Part shown: piece after piece, positions 19,927-28,464 of the stretch
Layout of the letters: each line of letters begins with the position of its first letter
How positions within the stretch are numbered: position 1 is the first letter of the stretch
DNA from: an uncultured Spirochaetales bacterium
GTDB taxonomy: Bacteria > Spirochaetota > Spirochaetia > JABMQR01
Reading direction: 5' to 3'
Assembly (NCBI GenBank): GCA_964605195.1
Contig: CAZSBC010000002.1
Coordinates: forward strand, 3,450 to 60,269
DNA: 56,820 nt
Notes under the pieces: generated by a model
The model's input: only the letters and a program-made list of their open reading frames with translations
What the model was told of the DNA's origin: nothing
The model's database searches: none
Made by a program: the position numbers and the translations under genes

Positions 19927-19955
19927 TTGACATACTAACAAACCAATGCAATAAT
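19927..19955 (+). promoter_or_regulatory. Candidate sigma-70 promoter for the sugar ABC transporter operon
   Basis: TTGACA (19927-19932), 17-nt spacer, AATAAT (19950-19955) with TG two nt upstream. It lies in an AT-rich 259-bp divergent region. Confidence 0.5.
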
Positions 19956-19999
19956 CAGTAAATACATTTTTTCAATATTTCAAAAGAAGGAGAGAGATT

Positions 20000-20947
20000 A
20001 TGAAGAAAATCGTAGTACTGCTGATTTTAATGGCTTTTGCCATGGGCCTGTGGGCACAGGGTGAAGCTGAAGGTGAAGACGTTCTTCACATCGGTGTTGC
20101 GGCAGCGAATTTCGATGACAAGTGGATGTCCTACATGCACGAAGGATTCGAAATGGCAGCCGAAGAGTTTGGTGTACGCCTCACCATGGTTGACGGCAAG
20201 AATGACCCTGCAATTCAGCAGAGCCAGATTGACACCTTCATTACTCAGGGAGTTGATGCAATAGTTATCGTACCCGTACAGATTTCGACAATGGGACCGA
20301 TCCTTGATGAGACCGAAGCTGCAGGAATCCCCCTGGTATCTGTAAACAGAATTCCCGAGGAGCCGTACCTCAGCAGACTGGCCACCTATGTAGGTTCTGA
20401 TGAAGTATTTGCCGGAACAGTTCAGGGTGAAGCGATTGCAGAGATGCTCGGCGGCGAAGGTGATGTAGTAATCATTCATGGTATGCTGGGACATCCTGCC
20501 GAGATCGGCCGTACCCAGGGTAACAAGAATGTCTTTGACCAGTACCCCGGAATCAAGGTAGTTCGTGAAGACACCTCCGAGTGGCAGCGTGCCAAGGCTC
20601 TCGAGCTGATGGAAAACTGGATTCAGGCCGGCTTCAACATTGATGCAGTCGTGGCAAACAATGATGAAAGCGCCATCGGTGCCGCCATGGCCCTTGAGCA
20701 GGTAGGTATGCTTGACCAGGTATTCATTGCCGGTGTTGACGCAACTCCCGATGCTCTTCAGTTTATGAAAGAGGGAAAGATTGACGTAACTGTATTCCAG
20801 GATGCCTACGGTCAGGGATATGGCGGTCTTGAGGCAGCTATCAAGGCTGCAAGAGGCGAAGAGCTTCCCAAGATCACAGACATTCCTTACCAGCCTGTAA
20901 CACCTGACAAGGTAGACGAATTCCTGGCACTGTGGGGCGTTGAATAA
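20000..20947 (+). CDS. Sugar (probably inositol/ribose-type) ABC transporter periplasmic substrate-binding protein
   Basis: Signal peptide MKKIVVLLILMAFAMGLWAQ followed by an RbsB-like type-I periplasmic binding fold. SD AAGGAGAG. Confidence 0.85.
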   Translation: MKKIVVLLILMAFAMGLWAQGEAEGEDVLHIGVAAANFDDKWMSYMHEGFEMAAEEFGVRLTMVDGKNDPAIQQSQIDTFITQGVDAIVIVPVQISTMGPILDETEAAGIPLVSVNRIPEEPYLSRLATYVGSDEVFAGTVQGEAIAEMLGGEGDVVIIHGMLGHPAEIGRTQGNKNVFDQYPGIKVVREDTSEWQRAKALELMENWIQAGFNIDAVVANNDESAIGAAMALEQVGMLDQVFIAGVDATPDALQFMKEGKIDVTVFQDAYGQGYGGLEAAIKAARGEELPKITDIPYQPVTPDKVDEFLALWGVE

Positions 20948-20980
20948 ATTTCACTATTTTTCTTGTAAGGCTGTAAAAAC

Positions 20981-21011
20981 GTATACCGGTGTCTCCTTGG
21001 CACCGGTATAC
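20981..21011 (+). terminator. Intercistronic stem-loop (11-bp perfect stem) after the binding-protein gene; partial terminator or mRNA-stabilising hairpin
   Basis: GTATACCGGTG-tctccttgg-CACCGGTATAC, followed by TATTAAAAT. Confidence 0.5.
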
Positions 21012-21058
21012 TATTAAAATGCAGTCGTGCATGTTTGCAGTGCAGAAAGGAGGACGGT

Positions 21059-22564
21059 TTGGCTACTGACTATTTACTGAACATGGAGCATATCCGCAAA
21101 GAGTTTCCGGGTGTTCTTGCACTTGATGATGTTGCACTCAAGGTGCGTGCCGGAACTGTTCATGCTCTGATGGGGGAGAATGGTGCCGGTAAATCTACTT
21201 TGATGAAGACTCTGCTGGGTATATACATTCCCGAAAATGGCACTATCACCTTTGACGGGGTAGAGTACAAGCAGATGGATATCCATGCAAGTCTGACGCA
21301 TGGTATCTCAATGATCCATCAGGAGTTGACACCCATACTTGATATGACGGTTGCGGAGAACATCTTTCTGGGAAGGGAGCCTGTGTATGGCAGGACCAAT
21401 TGGGTGAACCACAAGGAACTCTACCAGAAGACCCAGGAGCTCTTTGATGAGCTCAATATTTCTATTGATCCTACTAAGAAGATGTGGGAGCTCAGTATTG
21501 CCAATATGCAGATGGTGGAAATAGCTACTGCGATCTCATACAACTCCAAGCTGATTATCATGGATGAGCCGACTTCGGCAATCACCGAGAAAGAGGTTGC
21601 CCACCTCTTCCGGATGATCAACAATCTCCGTGACAAGGGCGTCGCCATCATATACATAACCCATAAGATGGATGAAGTGTTCCAGATTGCCGACGAGGTC
21701 ACGGTACTGCGTGACGGGCAGTTCGTGGGAACGAAAAAAGCGTCTGAAATCGACAAGCTCGGCCTGATTGCGATGATGGTCGGCCGGGAACTTACCAACT
21801 TCTTCCCCAAGGAGGATGCGGAGATCACCGATACGAAGCTTGAGGTGAAGGATATCTCCCTGGAAGGGAAGTTCCGGAATGTATCATTCAAGGTAAGGAA
21901 GGGCGAGATTCTCGGTATTGCAGGACTTATGGGTTCCGGGCGGACAGAGGTGATCGAGAGCATATTTGGTGTATATCCCCCAGATTCAGGGGAAATATTT
22001 GTTGACGGCAAGAAGGCTTCCATATCACAGCCCATGGATGCTATCAAGGTAGGTATGGGGCTGTTGACTGAGGACCGTAAACTGAGCGGTCTCTTTCTTC
22101 CTCTCACAGTTCGTGACAACATGATTGCTTCTAATATCAAGAAGTATGTTAACCGTACTGGACTGGATTTTAAACTGATTGATGAGGACTGTGAACGTCA
22201 ACGGGTAGCCCTTGATGTAAAGACCCCGAGTCTGGATCAGACTGTCATCAACCTCAGTGGCGGTAATCAGCAGAAAGTGCTGATCGCCAGATGGCTTCTC
22301 ACCGAACCCGATATCCTGATTCTCGATGAGCCGACGAGAGGAATTGATGTCGGAGCAAAGTCTGAAATTCATAAACTGATGACCAAGCTTGCCCAGGCCG
22401 GCAAGGCAATTATCATGGTATCTTCGGAAATGCCTGAAATCCTCGGGATGAGTGACCGTATTGTGGTCATGCATGAAGGTGAGAAGGCTGGGGAACTTAC
22501 CCGTGAAGAAGCGACCCAGGAGAAAATTCTACAGCTGGCCTCCGGTGAGGCGCTAGTAATTTAG
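21059..22564 (+). CDS. Sugar ABC transporter ATP-binding protein (duplicated ATPase, RbsA/MglA type)
   Basis: Walker [10 protein letters not shown], signature LSGGNQQK, and a second ABC domain. TTG at 21059 lies 5 nt after GGAGG. Alternative starts are 21035 (TTG) and 21083 (ATG). Confidence 0.85.
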   Translation: MATDYLLNMEHIRKEFPGVLALDDVALKVRAGTVHALMGENGAGKSTLMKTLLGIYIPENGTITFDGVEYKQMDIHASLTHGISMIHQELTPILDMTVAENIFLGREPVYGRTNWVNHKELYQKTQELFDELNISIDPTKKMWELSIANMQMVEIATAISYNSKLIIMDEPTSAITEKEVAHLFRMINNLRDKGVAIIYITHKMDEVFQIADEVTVLRDGQFVGTKKASEIDKLGLIAMMVGRELTNFFPKEDAEITDTKLEVKDISLEGKFRNVSFKVRKGEILGIAGLMGSGRTEVIESIFGVYPPDSGEIFVDGKKASISQPMDAIKVGMGLLTEDRKLSGLFLPLTVRDNMIASNIKKYVNRTGLDFKLIDEDCERQRVALDVKTPSLDQTVINLSGGNQQKVLIARWLLTEPDILILDEPTRGIDVGAKSEIHKLMTKLAQAGKAIIMVSSEMPEILGMSDRIVVMHEGEKAGELTREEATQEKILQLASGEALVI

Positions 22565-22576
22565 TTGGAGGAAAAC

Positions 22577-23599
22577 ATGAGTACTACAAAGACGCCTCCC
22601 GCCGGGCAGAAAAAGGGCGGATTCGATATTAAAGCGTTTGTCAACAAATGGGGTATTCTCCTGATACTGATAGGAATGTCTATAGTCCTTGCAATCCTGA
22701 CAATTGATAACGGTGTCTCCATCTTTCTCAAGTTCCGTAACATTGTAAATGTTCTGCGGCAGTCATCGGTTATCGGTATCATTGCCTGTGGTGTGACATT
22801 GATCATCATTACCGGCGGTATTGACCTCTCATCCGGCTCGCTGGTTGCGATGATCGGCTGTGTCTCGGCAATTGTTGCCCGGGAAGTCTACGGGCTGCCT
22901 TGGATCCTGGCTGTGCTGGTTGCACTGGCTCTTGGTATCCTGGCTGGTTCGATAAACGGAAGCCTGATAGCCAAGGCCAAGATTCCGCCTTTCATCGCCA
23001 CCCTGGGAATGATGGTTTCTGCCCGCGGTATCGGGTACCTCATCACCGGGGGACGTCCGGTCGACAACCTGCTGGAAAGCTACCAGTTCCTGGGACAGGG
23101 GACGATCCTGAATTTCGGGAGAAACTTCTTTATTCCCATCCCGGTACTGATCTTTCTCGGTGTTGTCCTGGTTACCCACTTCCTGCTCTCCAGAACACGC
23201 TTCGGAAAATATACCTACGCTCTGGGCGGCAACGAGCAGGCAGCCTATATCTGCGGTGTGAATGTGGATAAGCATAAGATCATGGTCTATGCATATGCCG
23301 GCCTGCTTACCAGTATTGCTGCGGTTGTGCTTACTGCCCGTGTTAGTGCAGGACAGCCCAGCGGCGGGCTCATGTATGAGCTCGATGCGATTGCCAGTGC
23401 CGTTATCGGCGGAACGAGCCTGCAGGGCGGTATCGGAACGATCGGCGGAACGGTAGTCGGAACCCTCATCATCGGTGTCATGAACAATGGTCTCGACCTG
23501 CTGGGAGTATCATCCTACTGGCAGCAGATCATGAAGGGCGTTATCATCATCGTGGCTGTTGTTATCGATACCTTGAGAAACCGGGGAAAGAGGGGATAA
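22577..23599 (+). CDS. Sugar ABC transporter permease (RbsC/AraH type)
   Basis: Multi-TM protein of about 340 aa with TGGIDLSSGS and the IPPFIATLGMM motif. ATG at 22577 follows GGAGGA. Confidence 0.85.
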   Translation: MSTTKTPPAGQKKGGFDIKAFVNKWGILLILIGMSIVLAILTIDNGVSIFLKFRNIVNVLRQSSVIGIIACGVTLIIITGGIDLSSGSLVAMIGCVSAIVAREVYGLPWILAVLVALALGILAGSINGSLIAKAKIPPFIATLGMMVSARGIGYLITGGRPVDNLLESYQFLGQGTILNFGRNFFIPIPVLIFLGVVLVTHFLLSRTRFGKYTYALGGNEQAAYICGVNVDKHKIMVYAYAGLLTSIAAVVLTARVSAGQPSGGLMYELDAIASAVIGGTSLQGGIGTIGGTVVGTLIIGVMNNGLDLLGVSSYWQQIMKGVIIIVAVVIDTLRNRGKRG

Positions 23600-23644
23600 G
23601 GATAAGAGACTGACCTGACGTGCTCTTTCTTTAAATAGGAGAAT

Positions 23645-23669
23645 CGGATCTTCATGGAGTGAAGATCCG
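23645..23669 (+). terminator. Stem-loop terminator candidate after the ABC operon
   Basis: CGGATCTTCA-tggag-TGAAGATCCG (10-bp perfect stem), then GTTCCTGTT (weak U tract). Confidence 0.5.
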
Positions 23670-23785
23670 GTTCCTGTTACTGACTGGTCTTAGACACAAG
23701 CAGAACCTGACAAAACGACAGATAACTCCTGTCTCGTACCATGGAGATAGGGCGGGGTGTGTTTATTGCCTGAATGGAGAAGATT

Positions 23786-24106
23786 ATGAATTCGCGTGAG
23801 CGGGTACTTAAGACTTTAAGAAATCAGGAACCTGATCGAATACCGCTCTATATGACCATCACTCCGGAACTGGCAGCAGCTGCAGCAGGGAAGCTGGTGA
23901 TTCCGGCATACTCACTGGCAGACTCGCCACTGTCTCAGAATAGAATATTGTTCCATGAAATACTTACACGTCTCGGCAATGATGCGGTAGGCATAGAAGC
24001 ATGCTCCTCTGAGGATGTTCCTGTTTTGGAGCTGGGCTTTGGGCTGCGACGCGGCAGTACCATGCCGGAGAATTCTGACACTTCGCAGAGAACAGGTATG
24101 CAGTAA
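23786..24106 (+). pseudogene. Truncated uroporphyrinogen-decarboxylase (URO-D/MtaA-like) family N-terminal fragment
   Basis: MNSRERVLKTLRNQEPDRIPLY...LTRLGNDAVGI resembles the first ~85 residues of 340-370-aa UroD-family proteins, but the ORF ends after 106-110 aa. Its stop overlaps the ROK start (TAATG at 24104-24108). Confidence 0.5.
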
Positions 24107-25377
24107 TGGGAAATGATCAGGCCAAGTTGGGCAGGAAACCGAAGAACATACGATCTCAGAACAAGGAACTGATCATCAATCTGTACAGGCAGTACAGTGA
24201 ACTCTCCATATCTGATATTTCCAGAAGGGTAGGGCTGAGCAGAACTACCGTGATGAATATCAACCAGGAACTTCTGGAGAACCGGATCATCGTGGAGGCG
24301 GGGAAGGGGGTCTCTACGGGAGAGGGGGGGAAGAAACCCAATATTTACCGCTTTGAGGCAGAGAGGATGCTGATCCTCACCTTCTACGTAAAGCATGATA
24401 CACTGCTGTTTGCCCTCTATGACCTCAAGTACAGCGTCAAGCTGCAGGACAGCTCCCCGATATCGACAGATTCAACGTTTCAGGATGTCGCCACTGCCAT
24501 GCAGGAGCTGATAGCACGCAACATACTTGATAATGAGCGGTACCGCCAAAAAGAGCTGCTGGTATGCATGATTGGTGTTCACGGGAATATCGATCTGCAG
24601 TCCGGGATCTGCAGGCAGTCGACCCATTTCCCCACCTGGGGCGTAGACAGCAATCTGCTGCAGATAATCCGCGACACAGTCACGATTACCTGCCCGGTAT
24701 ATATTGATCACTGGATACGCCTGAAGACCTACGGCGAGAACCGAATGGGCAGCCTGGGAAGCCACGACTCAGTAGTGGTCATCGATGCCGGCTGGCATGG
24801 GGTGGTCTCCGGGATCATGCTGAACGGCAACATCTATACCGGAAAGCACTTTCTTTCCGGAGAGGTGGGGCACTTCAGCATCAACCCTGACGATGACGAA
24901 GTGTGCCACTGTGGCAGCCATGGTTGTTTTGAGCGCCAGATCTCTCTGCAGCGGTTATGTGGCAGAGTTGCTGCGCTGTTACCGGAGTACCCTGAATCCC
25001 GTCTCAGGGCAGTCAAGGGAAACTGTACCCTGCGTGAGTTGTTTACGGCTGCTGATCTTGGTGATACCCTTGCCCAGCGGATCCTTGATGAAGCCGCCCA
25101 CTGGTTTTCCCTTATGATCTCCTACATCATCCTCTTTTTTGATCCGGAAACGCTGTTTATTGAGGGTGACTGGGCCTCCGGGTGCAGATACTTCGAGCAG
25201 GCGGTTTCACGGAAGATCCAGAGCATATCGTTGCCTCGACTAAAGCGGGAAAATGTATTACAGTATGCACCAAACAGTTCAGAGGCAGTATTACGCGGAG
25301 CTGCTGTCATGGCCTATGACAGATTCCATGCAGTTCATGGAGTGAAGGAAGGGATAGTAACGCATGATATCCCATAA
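24106..25377 (+). CDS. ROK-family transcriptional regulator (NagC/Mlc/XylR type), paralog 1
   Basis: N-terminal winged HTH (ISDISRRVGLSRTTVMNINQEL) and ROK zinc motif GEVGHFSINPDDDEVCHCGSHGCFE. No DxGxT kinase phosphate-1 motif is seen. Confidence 0.85.
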   Translation: MGNDQAKLGRKPKNIRSQNKELIINLYRQYSELSISDISRRVGLSRTTVMNINQELLENRIIVEAGKGVSTGEGGKKPNIYRFEAERMLILTFYVKHDTLLFALYDLKYSVKLQDSSPISTDSTFQDVATAMQELIARNILDNERYRQKELLVCMIGVHGNIDLQSGICRQSTHFPTWGVDSNLLQIIRDTVTITCPVYIDHWIRLKTYGENRMGSLGSHDSVVVIDAGWHGVVSGIMLNGNIYTGKHFLSGEVGHFSINPDDDEVCHCGSHGCFERQISLQRLCGRVAALLPEYPESRLRAVKGNCTLRELFTAADLGDTLAQRILDEAAHWFSLMISYIILFFDPETLFIEGDWASGCRYFEQAVSRKIQSISLPRLKRENVLQYAPNSSEAVLRGAAVMAYDRFHAVHGVKEGIVTHDIP

Positions 25378-25403
25378 AGGGCAGGTTGTACACCAGAGAT
25401 GCT

Positions 25404-26633
25404 ATGATTAACAGTACGTCTGAATTAGGAAGAAAACCCAAGAATATCCGCTCGAGAAACCGTCAGCTGATAGTCGATATCTATCGCAACTATGACCAGC
25501 TCATCGTTTCCGAGATTTCAGACAAGGTCAAGCTCAGTCGTACAACTATCCTCAAGATCAACCAGGAGCTGGTTGAAGAAGGCTTCATCAAAGTGGTGGG
25601 TAAGGGCGATTCCACCCAGGAGGGGGGTAAGAAACCCAACGTATACCGCTTCAATGCTGAAAAATCCTATATTCTTACCTTCTATATCCAGTATGATGCG
25701 GTACTGTTCAGGCTCTATGACCTGCTCTTCAAGATTGTCATTGAAGACTCCCTGCCGATCAGGGAGAATGCCGATTTCGATGATATCAGCCGGAAGATGC
25801 AGCTGCTTATAAGCAAGAATATCAGGGATAACAGGCGGTACACCCACACTGATATGCTGGCTTGCGTAGTCGGAGTACACGGCAATATTGATCTTGATAC
25901 CGGGATTTGCATCCAGGCCACCCATTTCGCTTCATGGGGAATAAACAATAACCTTCACCAGACCCTGGTGGAGACCCTCGGTCTGGACTGTCCTATCTAT
26001 CTGGACAACTGGATCAGGTTGAAGACCTACCGTGAGAAGAGGCAGGGTGATGTCGGTTCCATGGATTCTGCAGTGGTCATAGATGCTGGCTGGCACGGGG
26101 TTGCCTCCGGTATCCTGGTAAAGGGCGAGGTCTTTTCCGGCAAGCACTATCTCTCTGGGGAGGTAGGCCATTTTCAGGTCAATCCTGCTGATAAGGAGGC
26201 CTGTTTCTGCGGCAGTTGCGGCTGCTTCGAGAAGCAGGTGCAGATCGAACGCTTCATGAAGCAGGTACGTGAGCGGGCTGCAGAGAATCCGGAATCCCTG
26301 CTGCACGGGAAGGCCGTACTGAGTCTGCAGAGTGTCCTTACAGCAGCCGATGATGGCGATTCACTTGCCCGGGAGATGCTCGATACCATCATTGAGTGGT
26401 TTTCCCGGCTCATTTCCTTCATTCTGCTCTTCTTTGATCCGGAAATCCTGCTTGTTGAAGGGGATTATGTCTCCGGCTGCAGCTATTTCGAGGAGAGTAT
26501 AATCACCCGGGTGCAGCAGATCACACTGCCCCGTATCACCAGTAAGACGGTGGTGAAGTTCAATGCCGACGGTGCCGATGCCGTGCTGAAGGGTGCGGCA
26601 ATCATGGCAGTGGACAAGTATCTGCAGATATGA
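25404..26633 (+). CDS. ROK-family transcriptional regulator, paralog 2
   Basis: Collinear with paralog 1 (about 55% identity by eye). Zinc motif GEVGHFQVNPADKEACFCGSCGCFE. ATG at 25404 aligns with the paralog 1 N-terminus. Confidence 0.85.
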   Translation: MINSTSELGRKPKNIRSRNRQLIVDIYRNYDQLIVSEISDKVKLSRTTILKINQELVEEGFIKVVGKGDSTQEGGKKPNVYRFNAEKSYILTFYIQYDAVLFRLYDLLFKIVIEDSLPIRENADFDDISRKMQLLISKNIRDNRRYTHTDMLACVVGVHGNIDLDTGICIQATHFASWGINNNLHQTLVETLGLDCPIYLDNWIRLKTYREKRQGDVGSMDSAVVIDAGWHGVASGILVKGEVFSGKHYLSGEVGHFQVNPADKEACFCGSCGCFEKQVQIERFMKQVRERAAENPESLLHGKAVLSLQSVLTAADDGDSLAREMLDTIIEWFSRLISFILLFFDPEILLVEGDYVSGCSYFEESIITRVQQITLPRITSKTVVKFNADGADAVLKGAAIMAVDKYLQI

Positions 26634-26794
26634 GTTCCGGTTGTCTCTTCCTCGACGGCTCCAGCACTGGTGCGTTGTTGCATAACTTTGCAGGTTTCCT
26701 TGACGATCAGCTCCCTTCATAATTAACTTACTAAAATAGTAAAAAATAATTCAGTGCAGATATACAGCTGTACTATGATCAGGAGCGTACAGGT

Positions 26795-27337
26795 ATGATC
26801 AAACGTAAACTTTTCGTGGTAATTCTAGTACTGTTCATGGGGCTGTCAGTGTCTGCAGTCACCTTGGAGGAGCTGAATGATTCACTGCTGGAACTGGGCT
26901 TCTCGATCCCCAGGGATGAGCTGCCCTCAGTCAACTTCACTCTTGCCAATCTGAACGGGGTAACCGAGGAGCTGGAGGATTATCGGGGAAGTGTTGTCTT
27001 TCTGAATTTTTGGGCAACCTGGTGCGGTCCCTGCCGTATGGAGATGCCCTCCATGCAGGTTCTATACGATACATATCAGGAAGAGGGGCTTGAAATTCTT
27101 GCCGTGAATCAGGGTGAGAGCAAACGGGTTGTTGAGAACTTCATTGAGGACAATGGCTACACCTATCCTGTCCTCATGGACACTAACCAGATGGTCGGGT
27201 CTATGTATGGTGTCCGCGGGATCCCGACAACCTATATCATCGATCGCGACGGGAATATTCTGAGCATGCTTGTCGGTACCCGCGAGTGGAATACCGAGGA
27301 GATCTTCACACTCTTTGATGATATCCTGGCTTACTGA
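26795..27337 (+). CDS. TlpA/ResA-family periplasmic thiol:disulfide oxidoreductase
   Basis: Signal/anchor segment followed by a thioredoxin fold with WATWCGPC. Confidence 0.85.
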   Translation: MIKRKLFVVILVLFMGLSVSAVTLEELNDSLLELGFSIPRDELPSVNFTLANLNGVTEELEDYRGSVVFLNFWATWCGPCRMEMPSMQVLYDTYQEEGLEILAVNQGESKRVVENFIEDNGYTYPVLMDTNQMVGSMYGVRGIPTTYIIDRDGNILSMLVGTREWNTEEIFTLFDDILAY

Positions 27338-27357
27338 CTGCCGGCCGGAGGTAGCGG

Positions 27358-28356
27358 ATGAATGTCAACTTGTTCATAGCATTTGCTGCGGGGATAGTAT
27401 CATTTCTCTCCCCCTGCGTATTCCCCGTCATCCCATCCTACCTGACCTTCATAGGGGGAGTGAGCCTTACTGAAGTTGAGGAGAACCGCAAGAGCAGGAA
27501 GGTACTTTTCTTCAACTCCCTGCTCTTTGTCATCGGATTCACCATGGTATTCACCCTGCTCGGTATCTTCTTCAGCGGGGTCGGCATGGCACTGAGCGGG
27601 GCGGCAACCTATATCAATATCGTTGCTGGGACAATCGTCATAATCCTTGGGGTGAATTTCATCTTCGATTTCTGGAAACTGTTGAACCTGGAGAAACGCT
27701 TCCATTTCAGCCGACGTCCGGGAGGAACCCTCGGGTCAGTACTGCTTGGTATGGCCTTCGGTGCCGGATGGACCCCCTGTATCGGTCCGATTCTGGCATC
27801 GATTCTCTTCCTCGCCAGCGGGAGCGGCTCAGTAGGCCGGGGAGCAGTGCTGCTGACGGCATACTCCATCGGCCTTGGCTTGCCTTTCATAGCCGCAGGG
27901 CTCTTCATTGCACGGTTCCGCAGGCTCTTTACCCGCCTGGGGAAGCACCTGCAGACTATCAAAATCTTCAGCGGAGTATTCCTCATAGCAATCGGTGGCT
28001 TGATTATCTCGGGCAGGCTGAACCGGATAAACATCTTTCTCTTCCGGCTGGCCAGCCAGCTGGAGTATGCACAGGAGCTGAATCCCCTGCCGGTCCTGCT
28101 TATCTCAGGGGTGGTCATGCTTATCCCCGCTCTCTTGCTGGGGATCTCTATTCTTCGGTTCTACCTGCGTAAAAGGGGTTTTCCCGGAACCGTACCGGCA
28201 GATGATCTTCCCGCTCCATCCGAGGCGGTGCCGGGAAACCCTATGGGCAGGATTATCTTTCTGCTACTGTTCCTGCTGGTCTCAGTGGCAATATTCGCAG
28301 GATGGCTGGATGTTGCCCGGTTGCTGGTCGGGTGGCTTACCTTCCAGGGGCTGTGA
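27358..28356 (+). CDS. ccdA: CcdA/DsbD-family transmembrane thiol:disulfide electron transporter with a C-terminal extension of about 90 aa
   Basis: FLSPCVFPVIPSYL and GWTPCIGPIL conserved Cys motifs. Extra predicted TM segments follow residue ~235. Confidence 0.8.
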   Translation: MNVNLFIAFAAGIVSFLSPCVFPVIPSYLTFIGGVSLTEVEENRKSRKVLFFNSLLFVIGFTMVFTLLGIFFSGVGMALSGAATYINIVAGTIVIILGVNFIFDFWKLLNLEKRFHFSRRPGGTLGSVLLGMAFGAGWTPCIGPILASILFLASGSGSVGRGAVLLTAYSIGLGLPFIAAGLFIARFRRLFTRLGKHLQTIKIFSGVFLIAIGGLIISGRLNRINIFLFRLASQLEYAQELNPLPVLLISGVVMLIPALLLGISILRFYLRKRGFPGTVPADDLPAPSEAVPGNPMGRIIFLLLFLLVSVAIFAGWLDVARLLVGWLTFQGL

Positions 28357-28379
28357 TTGATACCCTATTGTCAGCTGAG

Positions 28380-28411
28380 CTTCCTGCAAAAATCGATCTT
28401 TTTGCAGGAAG
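28380..28411. terminator. Bidirectional rho-independent terminator between convergent ccdA and acyl-CoA ligase genes
   Basis: CTTCCTGCAAAAA-tcgatc-TTTTTGCAGGAAG (13-bp perfect stem with A/T tracts on both sides). A second 8-bp hairpin lies at 28444-28463. Confidence 0.7.
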
Positions 28412-28464
28412 CACCAAACCAATGCTAAGCTATTCATCCAAGAGCAATGCTTGTGAGCATTGCA

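Noticed and set aside
20998-21013. TGGCAC motif resembling the -24 element of a sigma-54 promoter. It was of interest because rpoN is in the window. A similar TGGCAA occurs at 42229-42234.
   Set aside because: No TTGC/GC element lies at the required 12-nt spacing in either case. The first is simply the descending arm of the intercistronic hairpin.
21059-22564. Apparent GC drop in the ABC ATPase gene: about 43-45% in sampled lines, versus about 60% in sampled iol lines. This might suggest horizontal acquisition of the transporter.
   Set aside because: Only a few 60-nt lines were hand-counted. The adjacent binding-protein and permease genes sampled at about 50-58%, so there is no coherent island boundary. 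A sliding-window GC and codon-usage computation is needed before claiming anything.
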